From Promethearchaeota archaeon (GTDB taxonomy: Archaea; Asgardarchaeota; Lokiarchaeia; Sigyniarchaeales; SOKP01), in contig JAEOTA010000055.1 in assembly GCA_016840085.1 (NCBI GenBank), positions 1 to 64,000 on the forward strand: a stretch of 64,000 bases of DNA, read 5' to 3'. How positions within the stretch are numbered: position 1 is the stretch's first letter; every line of letters begins with the position of its first letter. Both the position numbers and the translations under genes were made by a program. This document shows, in pieces, positions 48,207 to 58,920 of this stretch. The notes under the pieces were generated by a model. That model made no database searches, was not told the DNA's origin, and was given only the letters and a program-made list of their open reading frames with translations.

Positions 48207-49901
48207 ATGAGACGATTTGCCAGTATTGATTTTTTACGTGGTATAGCAATAGCGTTAATGATCTTTTTGCATACTATCCTTCATGTGTTAGATATTGATA
48301 CACTACTTAATGAAATAAATAATATCCCCGCTGCTAATATTGTTGCATTTATTGTATTACCTTTCTTAGGAGGGTTGGCAGGTTTTTTCTTAATGGTTTC
48401 TGCCATTGGAAATATGATAAGTATGTATCGACACTTACAAGCAGGGAGAAGCATTAGGGACTTAGTTATCAGACAGATAATGGGAGGTGTTTTATTACTA
48501 ATTTTTGCTATGATTTCTGAGAGTATACTTGGTATTCATGGAGCAATTCCAAATCTCATGAAAAGTTTAGATGATCCATCTGCTTGGAATTGGCAAGTAA
48601 TACTTTATCGTGCTTACCACTTTGAAACAATCCATACTATAGCATGGTGTATTATCCTAAATGGTGTTGTTCAAGGTATCCTTTCAAGAAAAGGTAGCTG
48701 GGAGAATCCTTCAAAGCTAATAAATATTTATCTCCTTTTAATAGGGATTATTATCGTTCTTACCCCAATAATGTGGTGGCTTGTGGATTTGATAATCCCT
48801 GGTTATCCGTGGGCTATAGATCCTGACACAGGGGTTCATGTTCAATATCCATACTTAGGGAAATCAGAATGGTGGGAATTTATAACACTGTTCTTTTTCA
48901 ATGCCTTTGCAGGAAGAGAAGAACCGATCTTTCCTTATTTAGCAGTATCTTTTATTGGTAGCATCATTGGCATCCGCTTAGCTCAAAAAAGAGAAGAAGT
49001 GCCACGAAGATTTCCCAAGCGAACAATGCAATATGGTATTATTATGTTTTTCATTGGTATCATCGGTCTTATCGTCACGCTTATCCTTTTAATGGACGTA
49101 ATTGGCATGGATGCAACTTTGAACGTTTATAAGGGACTTGCGTTCCATCGAAATTGGGTACCTAATAATCCAGATATTAATAACTCTGTGATACTCTATG
49201 GATGGTTATTTCAATTCATGGCTTTAAACGGAACAGCTATCTGCCTTATTATGGTAGTAGTACGTGTCGTAGAATTTCGAGGTCGAGGCAAGGAGTTCGC
49301 TGATAAAACTCGATTTATCCGTAGATTTGGGTTTGTTGCCTTCACACTTTACAATATTCAGTGGTTGTATTTTGTTTCCCATTTTATTGTTTCTACATTA
49401 ATTTATGGTGAACCTTACAAATTGCTTGACTGGGGTGGAGTATTTATTACTATGGGTATAACATTTTTAATGTTGGAAGGAATCTTACTTCTCTGGGAAA
49501 AAATAAAATACACTGGAAGCTTAGAATGGTGTATGGGTACAATTGCAACCCAAATCATCCCTGCTAGGAAGTCAGAAAAGAAATGGTGGCAAGCAGGACA
49601 ATTAAATGTCGAGGAAGCTTTTTATAATGCCGAGTGGTTGAATGTTATTGAGAAGGACGAGGTCCGTCATGATATTAAGGCAGATTCAAAATTGGCATAT
49701 AAATTATCTTGGTTCGGTTTTCTATTTGCTCCTATATCATTAATAACATTTTTAATAGCAAGAGGATCTGTAAATACAGAACAAGAAAATAAATTCAATA
49801 AAAGAGCAAAAATCATTTCATTAGTAGGATTGATATTCTTTTTTGCTTGGATGATACCGTTCCTATTCTTTAGCTTGTCAGATCTCGGAATTTCTCTATA
49901 A
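48207..49901 (+). CDS. DUF1624/HGSNAT-like membrane acyltransferase-family protein
   Basis: RFASIDFLRGIAIALMIFLH, PIFPY, many TM segments. Confidence 0.7.
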   Translation: MRRFASIDFLRGIAIALMIFLHTILHVLDIDTLLNEINNIPAANIVAFIVLPFLGGLAGFFLMVSAIGNMISMYRHLQAGRSIRDLVIRQIMGGVLLLIFAMISESILGIHGAIPNLMKSLDDPSAWNWQVILYRAYHFETIHTIAWCIILNGVVQGILSRKGSWENPSKLINIYLLLIGIIIVLTPIMWWLVDLIIPGYPWAIDPDTGVHVQYPYLGKSEWWEFITLFFFNAFAGREEPIFPYLAVSFIGSIIGIRLAQKREEVPRRFPKRTMQYGIIMFFIGIIGLIVTLILLMDVIGMDATLNVYKGLAFHRNWVPNNPDINNSVILYGWLFQFMALNGTAICLIMVVVRVVEFRGRGKEFADKTRFIRRFGFVAFTLYNIQWLYFVSHFIVSTLIYGEPYKLLDWGGVFITMGITFLMLEGILLLWEKIKYTGSLEWCMGTIATQIIPARKSEKKWWQAGQLNVEEAFYNAEWLNVIEKDEVRHDIKADSKLAYKLSWFGFLFAPISLITFLIARGSVNTEQENKFNKRAKIISLVGLIFFFAWMIPFLFFSLSDLGISL

Positions 49902-50048
49902 GAAAATTGAATACTTTGAAAAGGGCTCTGGAAACGTCAAAAAAATGTGGAAAAAACGTATAATATTGAATAAAAAAGTATTTTTTAAATCTAAATTTTT
50001 TTTTATTAACTTTAACTGAAATTATTGTTTTAGACGAAGCCTACTAAG

Positions 50049-52082
50049 ATGAATGAAATCAAGAAAGGTATGAATGAAGAAGAAATTGAAAATTATGTGA
50101 AAGAAGTTCTTGAACATATGAGTTTGAAAGAAAAAGTCTATCAAATGATTGGAAATGGTCTAATCCTAAAAGTATTGAAAGATAGAGGAGTAGGAAGACG
50201 AGTATATGATGGAGCGGGTTCAAAAAAATTTAAAATTCCTTCATTCAAATTTACTGATGGTCCTCGAGGAGTAGTTATTCCTGGTTCTACTTGTTTTCCA
50301 GTATCAATAGCTCGTGGAGCATCATGGGATGTTAATTTGGAACAAAATATAGGAAATGTGATTGGAAAAGAAGTTCGAGCACATGGAGGTAATCTTTTTG
50401 GAGGTGTGTGCATTAACCTTTTACGACATCCTTCTTGGGGAAGGGCTCAAGAAACATATGGAGAAGATCCTTTTTTAATAGGGGAATTTGGTGCTGCCTT
50501 AACTCGTGGTGTGCAAAAGCATAATGTTATGGCAACTGCTAAACACTTTGCAGCAAATAGTATTGAAACCGCTCGATTTAAAGTAAATGTAAAAATTGAT
50601 GAACGAACGCTCCGTGAGGTTTATCTCCCTCACTTCAAACGCTGTGTAGAGGAGGGATGTGTCACTATAATGACTGCTTATAACAAAGTTCGTGGAGAAT
50701 ACTGTGGACATAATAAATATTTATTGAGAAATATTTTGAAAAGTGATTGGAATTTTCAGGGATTCGTTCATTCTGATTGGATGCGTGGTGTTAAAAGCAC
50801 CATGGGAGGAATCACTGGGGGGTTAGATGTAGAAATGCCACGAGCTAAATATTATAAATATAGAAAAGTAAAAAAAGCTCTACAACAAGGTAATATTTCA
50901 CAAGCCATGATTGATGAAGCTGCTGGACGGGTTATGCGAACAATTCTCCACTATGTTACAAAGGAAGATCCCCAAACATATGAGCCTGCCTTAATTGGAT
51001 GCGAAGAACATTGTAAGATTGCATTAGAAGCAGCAGAAAAGAGTATGGTATTACTAAAAAATGAGCAAAATATTTTACCACTAAATAAAAATAAAATTAA
51101 ACGAATGGCGATTTTTGGTCGATTAGCTATTATTAAAAACACTGGAGATCATGGTAGTAGTAATGTGTCTACCAAATATGTTATAACTCCATTAAAAGGT
51201 ATTCAAAATTACTTAGGAGATTCAATTCAAATACTATATAATGAAGGATCAGATAAAGAAAGTGTGAAATCTGTAGCTAAAGAAGTGGACGCAGCAATTT
51301 TAATTGTTGGTTTGGATCATAAGGATGAAGGAGAATTTATTCGTGAACTCAAAATTGGTGGAGATCGAGAGAATTTATCCTTACATGATAATGAAATAGA
51401 ATTAATTAAATTAGTAGCATCTGAAAATCAAAATTGTGTTGTTGTATTAATTGGAGGAAGTGCTATCATCATGGAAGAATGGAAAGATCAAGTCCCTGTG
51501 ATTTTAATGGCGTGGTATTCTGGCATGGAAGGAGGAAACGCTTTAGCAAGGATCATTTTTGGAGATGTCAACCCAGGAGGAAAACTTCCTTTTACAATTC
51601 CAAAAGATCCAAATCATTTACCTTTTTTTGATAAAGATGCAGATGAAATTGAGTATGGATATTATCATGGATATACTCTTTTTGAAAAAAGTGGCTTTGA
51701 ACCAGCCTTTGCTTTTGGTTTTGGATTAACCTATACCTCATTTAATTATAACAATTTACAAGTTGATGTAAATGATGAAAAAGTTCTAGCTTCAGTAGAA
51801 GTTAAAAATACGGGAAAAACTGCTGGCGATGAAATAATCCAATTATATATTGGATTTGAACAATCTCAAATCGACAGACCTGTAAAACTATTAAAAGGAT
51901 TTACTCGCGTTCATCTGGAACCGAATGAGAATAAACATGTAATGATTGAGGTTTCAAAAGAAAATCTTGCGTGGTATAATCCAAATTCGAAATCATGGGA
52001 GGTTGAACAGATAACATACACTCTTTATATGGGAGGTTCATCCCGCGCTAAAGATCTATTATCTACTCAGTTTACCTTATGA
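50049..52082 (+). CDS. GH3 beta-glucosidase
   Basis: DGPRG, GRAQETYGEDP, KHF, SDW nucleophile, FN3-like C-terminus. Confidence 0.92.
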   Translation: MNEIKKGMNEEEIENYVKEVLEHMSLKEKVYQMIGNGLILKVLKDRGVGRRVYDGAGSKKFKIPSFKFTDGPRGVVIPGSTCFPVSIARGASWDVNLEQNIGNVIGKEVRAHGGNLFGGVCINLLRHPSWGRAQETYGEDPFLIGEFGAALTRGVQKHNVMATAKHFAANSIETARFKVNVKIDERTLREVYLPHFKRCVEEGCVTIMTAYNKVRGEYCGHNKYLLRNILKSDWNFQGFVHSDWMRGVKSTMGGITGGLDVEMPRAKYYKYRKVKKALQQGNISQAMIDEAAGRVMRTILHYVTKEDPQTYEPALIGCEEHCKIALEAAEKSMVLLKNEQNILPLNKNKIKRMAIFGRLAIIKNTGDHGSSNVSTKYVITPLKGIQNYLGDSIQILYNEGSDKESVKSVAKEVDAAILIVGLDHKDEGEFIRELKIGGDRENLSLHDNEIELIKLVASENQNCVVVLIGGSAIIMEEWKDQVPVILMAWYSGMEGGNALARIIFGDVNPGGKLPFTIPKDPNHLPFFDKDADEIEYGYYHGYTLFEKSGFEPAFAFGFGLTYTSFNYNNLQVDVNDEKVLASVEVKNTGKTAGDEIIQLYIGFEQSQIDRPVKLLKGFTRVHLEPNENKHVMIEVSKENLAWYNPNSKSWEVEQITYTLYMGGSSRAKDLLSTQFTL

Positions 52083-52115
52083 TAAAAAGAATTGGGTTTT
52101 CTCTTCTTAATTTAT

Positions 52116-53141
52116 CTACAATTTCTCTATTATCTCCTTTTTACCTGTTTCTGAAGATTTATATAATGCTGATACTAAAATTAAAGCTTTAGAGCTTTCT
52201 TCTATTGTATTCAAGTATGGTTTGTCTTTTAGAACCCAATCACCAAACGCTTTTACTGACCTCCCAAAGTGGGAAAATCCTTTTGTATCTTTTTTAATTT
52301 TATATTTTCTAATCCCTTTCCAAGTTAATGAAGATTTTGGCCAAGGTCCCCTATAGTAGCATCTCCCTTTCTTTCCAAAAATTTCTAATTCTACTTTTTC
52401 TTTAAACTTATCATAAGGTGGTGTAATGAACGTTGAATCATTAATTTGAGCATGAACCCCATTTTCAAATTCTATTATACCTAAGGCAAAGTCTTCTACT
52501 TCAATATTTTTGAACTTCTTGTTATCAATTTTTCCTATTACTGATTTGGGTTCACCAAAAGCCCATATCATAATATCAACCATATGTGACCCCTGAGTTA
52601 ATAGAGTTCCACCACCAGCGGTTTCTTTTTTTATCCTCCAAGGTCCCCTTTCATAATAAGATTCATCTCTGCTGAAAAATAAATTACAATTGGCATAATA
52701 TATTTCATCTAAATATCCTCCTTGAATAGCTCTGACTAAACGATAACAATTATGATCATATCTATAATTATAATTGAATCCCAATTTTAAATCAGGATAT
52801 TGAAGATCTAAGTCCCTAATTTTTCTAGCATCATCTACCGAAACTCCAACAGGTTTTTCACATAGTACATGCTTTCCATGTTCAAAAGCTTGTTTTATCA
52901 TAGGTCTATGGAGATGATGAGGTGTAGATATATAAACAGCATCTATTTCTTCATTTCTATACATTTCTTCAATATCAATACACGCATTTTTTTTACCAGC
53001 TATTTTAATTGCTCTATTAATGTTTAAGTCTGCAGCAGCAACGATTTTAGTGTTTTTTATTATTCTTGACGCAAGTTTATACATCCCAGTTATCCACCCG
53101 CAACCTATTACCCCGACTTTAATGAAATTTTTAGTTTTCAT
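52116..53141 (-). CDS. Gfo/Idh/MocA oxidoreductase
   Basis: GVIGCG, HVLCEKP, GGG.L...GSH..D. Confidence 0.9.
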   Translation of the reverse strand: MKTKNFIKVGVIGCGWITGMYKLASRIIKNTKIVAAADLNINRAIKIAGKKNACIDIEEMYRNEEIDAVYISTPHHLHRPMIKQAFEHGKHVLCEKPVGVSVDDARKIRDLDLQYPDLKLGFNYNYRYDHNCYRLVRAIQGGYLDEIYYANCNLFFSRDESYYERGPWRIKKETAGGGTLLTQGSHMVDIMIWAFGEPKSVIGKIDNKKFKNIEVEDFALGIIEFENGVHAQINDSTFITPPYDKFKEKVELEIFGKKGRCYYRGPWPKSSLTWKGIRKYKIKKDTKGFSHFGRSVKAFGDWVLKDKPYLNTIEESSKALILVSALYKSSETGKKEIIEKL

Positions 53142-53156
53142 TTTACTTCACCACTC

Positions 53157-53792
53157 TTATTGTCCTTCTAATACCCATTTTACAGAATTTCTTATGATTT
53201 CCCGAAAGATTTCATTTTTTAAAGATTTGGCTTGGTGACCTAAAGCACAGAATGCAACTTTCCCTTTACCATAGGTTTTTACCCAAATAATTGGTTCAGG
53301 ATCAGGATCTTCTTCATCATGATAATAAGCTTCTGCTAAAACTTTCATATCTCCTTTCATAGAGAAATCATGTCTATAAGGTTCATCAAAAAAAGTAAAG
53401 TCATCCAAATTTGCTGTGATAGGGTGTTCTTTATCTAAGATTTTTATGTCTATATTACACTTCGTTTTATGCCCTATAAAACGCCCTCCAATCATTTCAT
53501 AATATTTGGGATGCTCTTTAAAAGAAGCTGAAGCACCATGTAATCCTATAAATCCTTTTCCGCTGGCAATAAAATCTAACACATTTTTTTCTTGTGCTTC
53601 AGTAAATTCACCGAATTGCGTAAAAAAGATAGTTGTATCATATTCAAAAAATTCTCTATTATTATTAAAGATCTCGACATCTTTATAATTATCAACGAAA
53701 TAATCATTCAAAATGTCTTGAAAATAGGAATATGTCTTACTACTAAAAAAATATCTACCTCTTTGACACAGTAAAATCTTCTTTTTCCCCAT
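53157..53792 (-). CDS. ThuA-like protein
   Basis: GKGFIGLH, HPIT, DEPY, YGKGKV...LGH. Confidence 0.85.
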   Translation of the reverse strand: MGKKKILLCQRGRYFFSSKTYSYFQDILNDYFVDNYKDVEIFNNNREFFEYDTTIFFTQFGEFTEAQEKNVLDFIASGKGFIGLHGASASFKEHPKYYEMIGGRFIGHKTKCNIDIKILDKEHPITANLDDFTFFDEPYRHDFSMKGDMKVLAEAYYHDEEDPDPEPIIWVKTYGKGKVAFCALGHQAKSLKNEIFREIIRNSVKWVLEGQ

Positions 53793-53850
53793 AAATCATC
53801 ATAAGAAAAAATGAAAAGTTCTTTATTAAGGGTTCTCTAAATATAAACTA

Positions 53851-55221
53851 ATGAATTCAAATCCTAAGCATACACAATTTGAATCTTTCAAGTATAAAAC
53901 TCTTAGAGATTTAGAGATAAAAGTTCATGAATTAGGATTAGAAATTCCAATCAGTAATGATTTTGAAGTTTTAAAGCAAAATATAAATGCTGATAATTGG
54001 ATAATTCCAAACAGGTTATCAATACAACCGATGGAAGGTTTTGATTCAAATCTAAATGGTTCACCGGGTGTCTTAACTTATCGACGGTATGAAAGATATG
54101 CAAAAGGCGGTGCTGGTTTAATTTGGTTTGAGGCAACTGCAATTAATAAAGATTGCCAATCAAATCCTCATCAATTAATGCTCTCAATGGAAAATTCCAA
54201 AGAATTTGAAGATTTAGTTTCAAATACACGGGAAATTTGCAATAGGACTTTAAATGAATTAGGATTCAAACAGAAGTGTGTTTTAATATTACAATTAAAT
54301 CATTCGGGAAGATATAGCGTAAGAGAGGGTAAAAAATTTCCAATTCGCGCCTACCATAATTCTGAATTAGATAATTCAAGAGGCCTTTCAGTAAAAGATG
54401 GTATTATAATAACTGACAATGATTTGGAAAGTTTAGAAGATATTTGGGTTCAAAAGGCTCTTTTAGCAAAAGAAGTAGGTTTTGATGGAGTAGATATTAA
54501 GTCCTGTCATGGTTATTTAATCCATGAATTATTAAGTTCAAGAGTGCGTGTGAATTCTATTTATGGCGGTGAATCTTTAGATAATAGAGCGAAGTTTTTC
54601 CTAAACATTATTTACAAATTGAAAAAAGAGCTTGCAAATAACACAGATTTTTTAATAACTACAAGAATGAGCTTATATGATGGAATACCTTATCCTAATG
54701 GATTTGGAGTAAAAAATATTGTAAATGAAGTCTTTCCAGCATCAATCGATCTTTCCGAACCATTGGAATTAATCAAGAGACTTTATAACCTTGGTATGAG
54801 ATTGATTAACATTACCGTCGGTAATCCACATTATAAACCTCACATTACAAGACCATTTGATATACCTACAAAAGGAGGAAATCTACCAAATGAACATCCC
54901 CTATATGGAGTAAATAGGCTTATTAGGTTAACATCTTTGATTAAGCAGCAAATACCTGAAGATATAAAAATAATTGGCTCAGGCTATTCTTATTTACGTC
55001 AATTTGCCGGTAATATAATTGCGGGGTTAATTCATGAAAATAAAGTCGATATTTGTGGATTTGGTAGAATGGCCTTAGCAAATCCTAACTTTCCAAAACA
55101 AATTTTTCAAGAAGGATTTATTGATAAGAAACAAGTTTGTATAACCTGTTCAAAATGTTCTGAACTTATGAAAATAGGGAATAATGTAGGCTGTGTTTCA
55201 AGAGATCCTCAATACCAATAG
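53851..55221 (+). CDS. Flavin oxidoreductase (OYE-like)
   Basis: IQPMEG, KSCHGYL..ELL, CITCSKC. Confidence 0.85.
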   Translation: MNSNPKHTQFESFKYKTLRDLEIKVHELGLEIPISNDFEVLKQNINADNWIIPNRLSIQPMEGFDSNLNGSPGVLTYRRYERYAKGGAGLIWFEATAINKDCQSNPHQLMLSMENSKEFEDLVSNTREICNRTLNELGFKQKCVLILQLNHSGRYSVREGKKFPIRAYHNSELDNSRGLSVKDGIIITDNDLESLEDIWVQKALLAKEVGFDGVDIKSCHGYLIHELLSSRVRVNSIYGGESLDNRAKFFLNIIYKLKKELANNTDFLITTRMSLYDGIPYPNGFGVKNIVNEVFPASIDLSEPLELIKRLYNLGMRLINITVGNPHYKPHITRPFDIPTKGGNLPNEHPLYGVNRLIRLTSLIKQQIPEDIKIIGSGYSYLRQFAGNIIAGLIHENKVDICGFGRMALANPNFPKQIFQEGFIDKKQVCITCSKCSELMKIGNNVGCVSRDPQYQ

Positions 55222-55564
55222 CTTTTTTATCTAATTTTTATTATTATTAGAAGCTTTTCTAATGGTTCGAACTTTTTGAAAAGTTATGCATCAAGAACTA
55301 TATATGTAATTGAATCTAGATTATAATTAATAAACAACCAAAAAAAAAGGTCAAAAAAATGAGAAAAAATACAAAAAAAGCATTAGTTAATGCTGGTATG
55401 AATCAAGTTTTTCGAGCTTTAACCAGATAAATTTTTTTCTTTATTCTTTTTTTATTCTATTTTTAATTGTAATTTCATATTCTTTAAGTCTTAATATATT
55501 ACTTTCTTGTCAAAATCCCTGAGAGGACCTGTTTTTAAATATTAGGAAATATTCATTAGGGATA

Positions 55565-57901
55565 ATGGAGATATTTAGCACCAATAAAAAATCAGTAATA
55601 GTTTTGATTTGTTCAACTGTTATCATACTAATTGTCATTTCTTGTTGGAAAATTATTATTTCAAGCAGTATCGGTGGGTTTCTTATAATTTTCCTTTTTG
55701 GAATTTATACTTTATCATCTATTAATTTATTCAATAACATTCTAATCTTATTGTTTGCAATCTATTTACTATTCAAAATATATAATCTAAATTCAAATCA
55801 TAATTCTAAAAAGAAAAAATTCCCAAAGTTATTTTTCGTATTTCTAATCTTAATTCTACCACAATTTTTTATCCCTAAACAGGATTACTCAGAGCCTAAG
55901 ATTAGTCAAGGGCAGTGGGAATTTTCAATGAGAACTAATTTCAATCGCACTATTGATTTATTTGAGACATTTAATGCTACAAGTGGATTTAGGCAACGAC
56001 AAGAAATATATTTGAATGATAGTAAAAATAGTGATGACATATATGCACAGGCTGCTCGTGTGTATTTAGGTTTAAATGTTAGCGAGGAGAGTTTTGAAAA
56101 TTCTCTTTATAAGATAAATAATTTTAAGGATTGTTTAGATTTTAGATTGAATTCTCTCTTACGTTTGATATATTTTGATATAAATAAGGACATTTTAGGG
56201 TCAACAATAAGAAACAGGATTATTGATGCCCTTGGTAAAACTAAATATTGGTATACAGAACCGACAAGAGACGATATGATATTTTATACAGAAAATCATC
56301 AGATTCTCTTTCATACAGCAGAATTACTCATTGGACAACTTTTTCCGAATGATACTTTTGTTAATTCAGGGATGACAGGTATTGAACACGTAAATCATGC
56401 AATACCTTTAATTAAAAGATGGCTTGATTGGCGTGCACAATTCGGTTTTGCAGAATGGCATTCAAACACATATTATACAGAAGATATTGCTGCATTAGTT
56501 AATCTAGTCGACTTTTCTGAAGATCCAGTGGTTGTGTATAAAGCTGCTATGGTAATGGATATCATTGCTTTTGATTTTGCCAATAATTATTATAAAGGTA
56601 GATATGCTACTACTCATGGTCGCGCCTATGATAGATCAAAATTAGGAACTAGTGCTGTATCACCCGCTTCAAGAGATAGCACTTCTGAATCAGCATGGAT
56701 TATGCTTGGAATCGGAGAACACAATCCTAATGATAACCATAATCTTGCCGCAGTTGCTTTAGGTACAAGTGATCATTATGCTCCTCCACCTATTTTAGAG
56801 GATATAGCAAATAATGCAACTTTATATAATGAACATAAGGAACGAAACAGTATTAATATGGATGAAGGTTCTTTATATGATATAGAGTACAATGAAGAAG
56901 ATTTAATGTTCTGGTTGGGTATGTCTGCAGTTCTACCACCACAAACAATAGAAGATGTATTTAATCTAGTAGAGAAATATAATATAAAATCAGATAATAT
57001 GTATGGTCCAAAATTAATTTCTGATTTTTTTAAAACATCTGCCTTTTTACACGGTATTCCACTAAATAAATATTCTGAGAAATTAAAACTCATTACCCAA
57101 GGTATTTGTTTGGAGACCTCAAATACTTATACATATAGAACTCCTTATTATCAGCTTTCTGGCTCTCAGGACCACCAAAAGGGGATGAATAGCTATCAGG
57201 AACATATCTGGCAAGCTTCCTTAGATGATAGTGCATTTGTATATACCAATTCTCCAGGAGGTCTCACTAAGGATTTTGAACAAGAATATGTAGGGGGATG
57301 GAATCCTCGTGCGACATTATATAAAAATATGGGAATTATCCAATATGACCGTGAAACGCTTCCATTAGAGGGAGAACTGCTTCTCTATTTTTTAAACCTC
57401 TTTACTGGTAAAAAGTTTTACCAGCACGCATATTTTCCTCGCTGGGCTTTTGATGAGTGGGAACAACATGGTAAATGGACATTTGGTGCCAGAGAGGATG
57501 GGTACATTGCTTTATATTCCTATAAAAATACTAAATGGGTTTCAAATTATGAACTTCGAGTAAATGATTATAAAAATGTATGGATAATAGAGTTAGGCAG
57601 TATTGATGAATATAGTTCCTTTAATCAATTTATATCAGAGATTTCACAATCTCAAGTAAAAATAATTCCTCAAGCGCTAGGTTATTATGTGCAATATAAT
57701 TCACCTTCTCAAGGTTTGGTAAGTGTAACTTGGAATAATCCTATGTATGTTAATGATAATGAAATTGAATTGGGACCTTATCCTCGTTTTAACAATGAAT
57801 ACTGTTATCAAGATTTTGGAACTAAAACAACAATTATCGAATTCGAAAATCAAAGGTTAGAGCTAAATTTTAGCAATTATTCAAGAATATACAATGATTA
57901 A
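55565..57901 (+). CDS. Membrane-anchored protein, possibly a heparinase II/III-like polysaccharide-lyase fold
   Basis: N-terminal TM helices, TENHQ and EWHSNTY motifs, helical region followed by a beta-rich region. Confidence 0.45.
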   Translation: MEIFSTNKKSVIVLICSTVIILIVISCWKIIISSSIGGFLIIFLFGIYTLSSINLFNNILILLFAIYLLFKIYNLNSNHNSKKKKFPKLFFVFLILILPQFFIPKQDYSEPKISQGQWEFSMRTNFNRTIDLFETFNATSGFRQRQEIYLNDSKNSDDIYAQAARVYLGLNVSEESFENSLYKINNFKDCLDFRLNSLLRLIYFDINKDILGSTIRNRIIDALGKTKYWYTEPTRDDMIFYTENHQILFHTAELLIGQLFPNDTFVNSGMTGIEHVNHAIPLIKRWLDWRAQFGFAEWHSNTYYTEDIAALVNLVDFSEDPVVVYKAAMVMDIIAFDFANNYYKGRYATTHGRAYDRSKLGTSAVSPASRDSTSESAWIMLGIGEHNPNDNHNLAAVALGTSDHYAPPPILEDIANNATLYNEHKERNSINMDEGSLYDIEYNEEDLMFWLGMSAVLPPQTIEDVFNLVEKYNIKSDNMYGPKLISDFFKTSAFLHGIPLNKYSEKLKLITQGICLETSNTYTYRTPYYQLSGSQDHQKGMNSYQEHIWQASLDDSAFVYTNSPGGLTKDFEQEYVGGWNPRATLYKNMGIIQYDRETLPLEGELLLYFLNLFTGKKFYQHAYFPRWAFDEWEQHGKWTFGAREDGYIALYSYKNTKWVSNYELRVNDYKNVWIIELGSIDEYSSFNQFISEISQSQVKIIPQALGYYVQYNSPSQGLVSVTWNNPMYVNDNEIELGPYPRFNNEYCYQDFGTKTTIIEFENQRLELNFSNYSRIYND

Positions 57902-57919
57902 AATGAAAGGTGGTAAATT

Positions 57920-58783
57920 TTGAAACTCAGAGATTATTTAAAATCGTTTAAACCGGCAATAAAGGGCAGTATAATGGTTTTTATTGGCATATTCCTTTCT
58001 CGTAAAGGCATGAGTATTGAAATTTTTACTACAAATGTTATGTTTGGTCCTCTTGCATATTTATTCTTAGCTTTATCAGGAATCATAGCAATAAAAATAC
58101 TCCAGATCGCAGAGAATCCCTCTTACGATGGTCGAGTTTCTATTCACCAAGCAAAATTCCTGCTTGGAATAATTTATCTTATTGGATTTATCTTAACAAT
58201 TACTAATGTGATTATAAACTCTACCATCTATTATCTTAATATTCTTGTAATAGCTTTTGTTGTTCCACTTGGTATTCTCTGGGTTGCTTTAGGTTACTAT
58301 GCTTTTAAGATTAAGAAAAATAGTGAGTTGATTAAAATGATGGTTACAAGTCTTATATTTTCGCTAGGGATACTTTATGGCGCACTACTACATTCCATAT
58401 TAATTCCATTATTTGTGTATTTCTTCTTTCTAACCGTTTCTTTTTTGCAACTATCACGAGAATTAGTAAAAGATCTACCAAACAGAGATCAACCTGAAGG
58501 AGTGGTAATAATCAAAAGAGGAGATGATATGTATAATAGTCTTAAATCCTCTTTAATTCTCCAATTTTTAGCTATTACTTTTTTTATACTACCAGTTTTC
58601 ACAAATATTGCATATCCGCTCTTATATCTCTTCCTTATGGTTGTTGGCGTAATTATTACTGGATTAGCATCTATTTTAACATTGAAAAGTTTATTTGAAA
58701 GAAAATTGTTCAATAACATTGGACTAATATTAAAAATTGGAATACTTATAGAACTAATCACTTTTATACTAATAGGTAGCTAG
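57920..58783 (+). CDS. UbiA-family prenyltransferase-like membrane protein (degenerate)
   Basis: Multiple TM, SRELVKDL resembles the DGGGP-synthase REIxKD motif; first Asp-rich motif absent. Confidence 0.5.
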   Translation: MKLRDYLKSFKPAIKGSIMVFIGIFLSRKGMSIEIFTTNVMFGPLAYLFLALSGIIAIKILQIAENPSYDGRVSIHQAKFLLGIIYLIGFILTITNVIINSTIYYLNILVIAFVVPLGILWVALGYYAFKIKKNSELIKMMVTSLIFSLGILYGALLHSILIPLFVYFFFLTVSFLQLSRELVKDLPNRDQPEGVVIIKRGDDMYNSLKSSLILQFLAITFFILPVFTNIAYPLLYLFLMVVGVIITGLASILTLKSLFERKLFNNIGLILKIGILIELITFILIGS

Positions 58784-58920
58784 ACGTCCAATAATTTAAA
58801 AACTTTTGAATATTCAAAAAATAAAAAATTAAGAGAAGTATAGTAATTACTAATTTCATTTATTCCGTCTTAAACAGTAAAATTATTAATAGTATAGAAG
58901 GTTTATTAACTATTAAAAAA

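Noticed and set aside
55432-55446. TTTTTTTCTTTATTC partial motif
   Set aside because: Lacks the TTTAWA core, lies ~120 nt from the next start, and sits in low-complexity T-rich sequence
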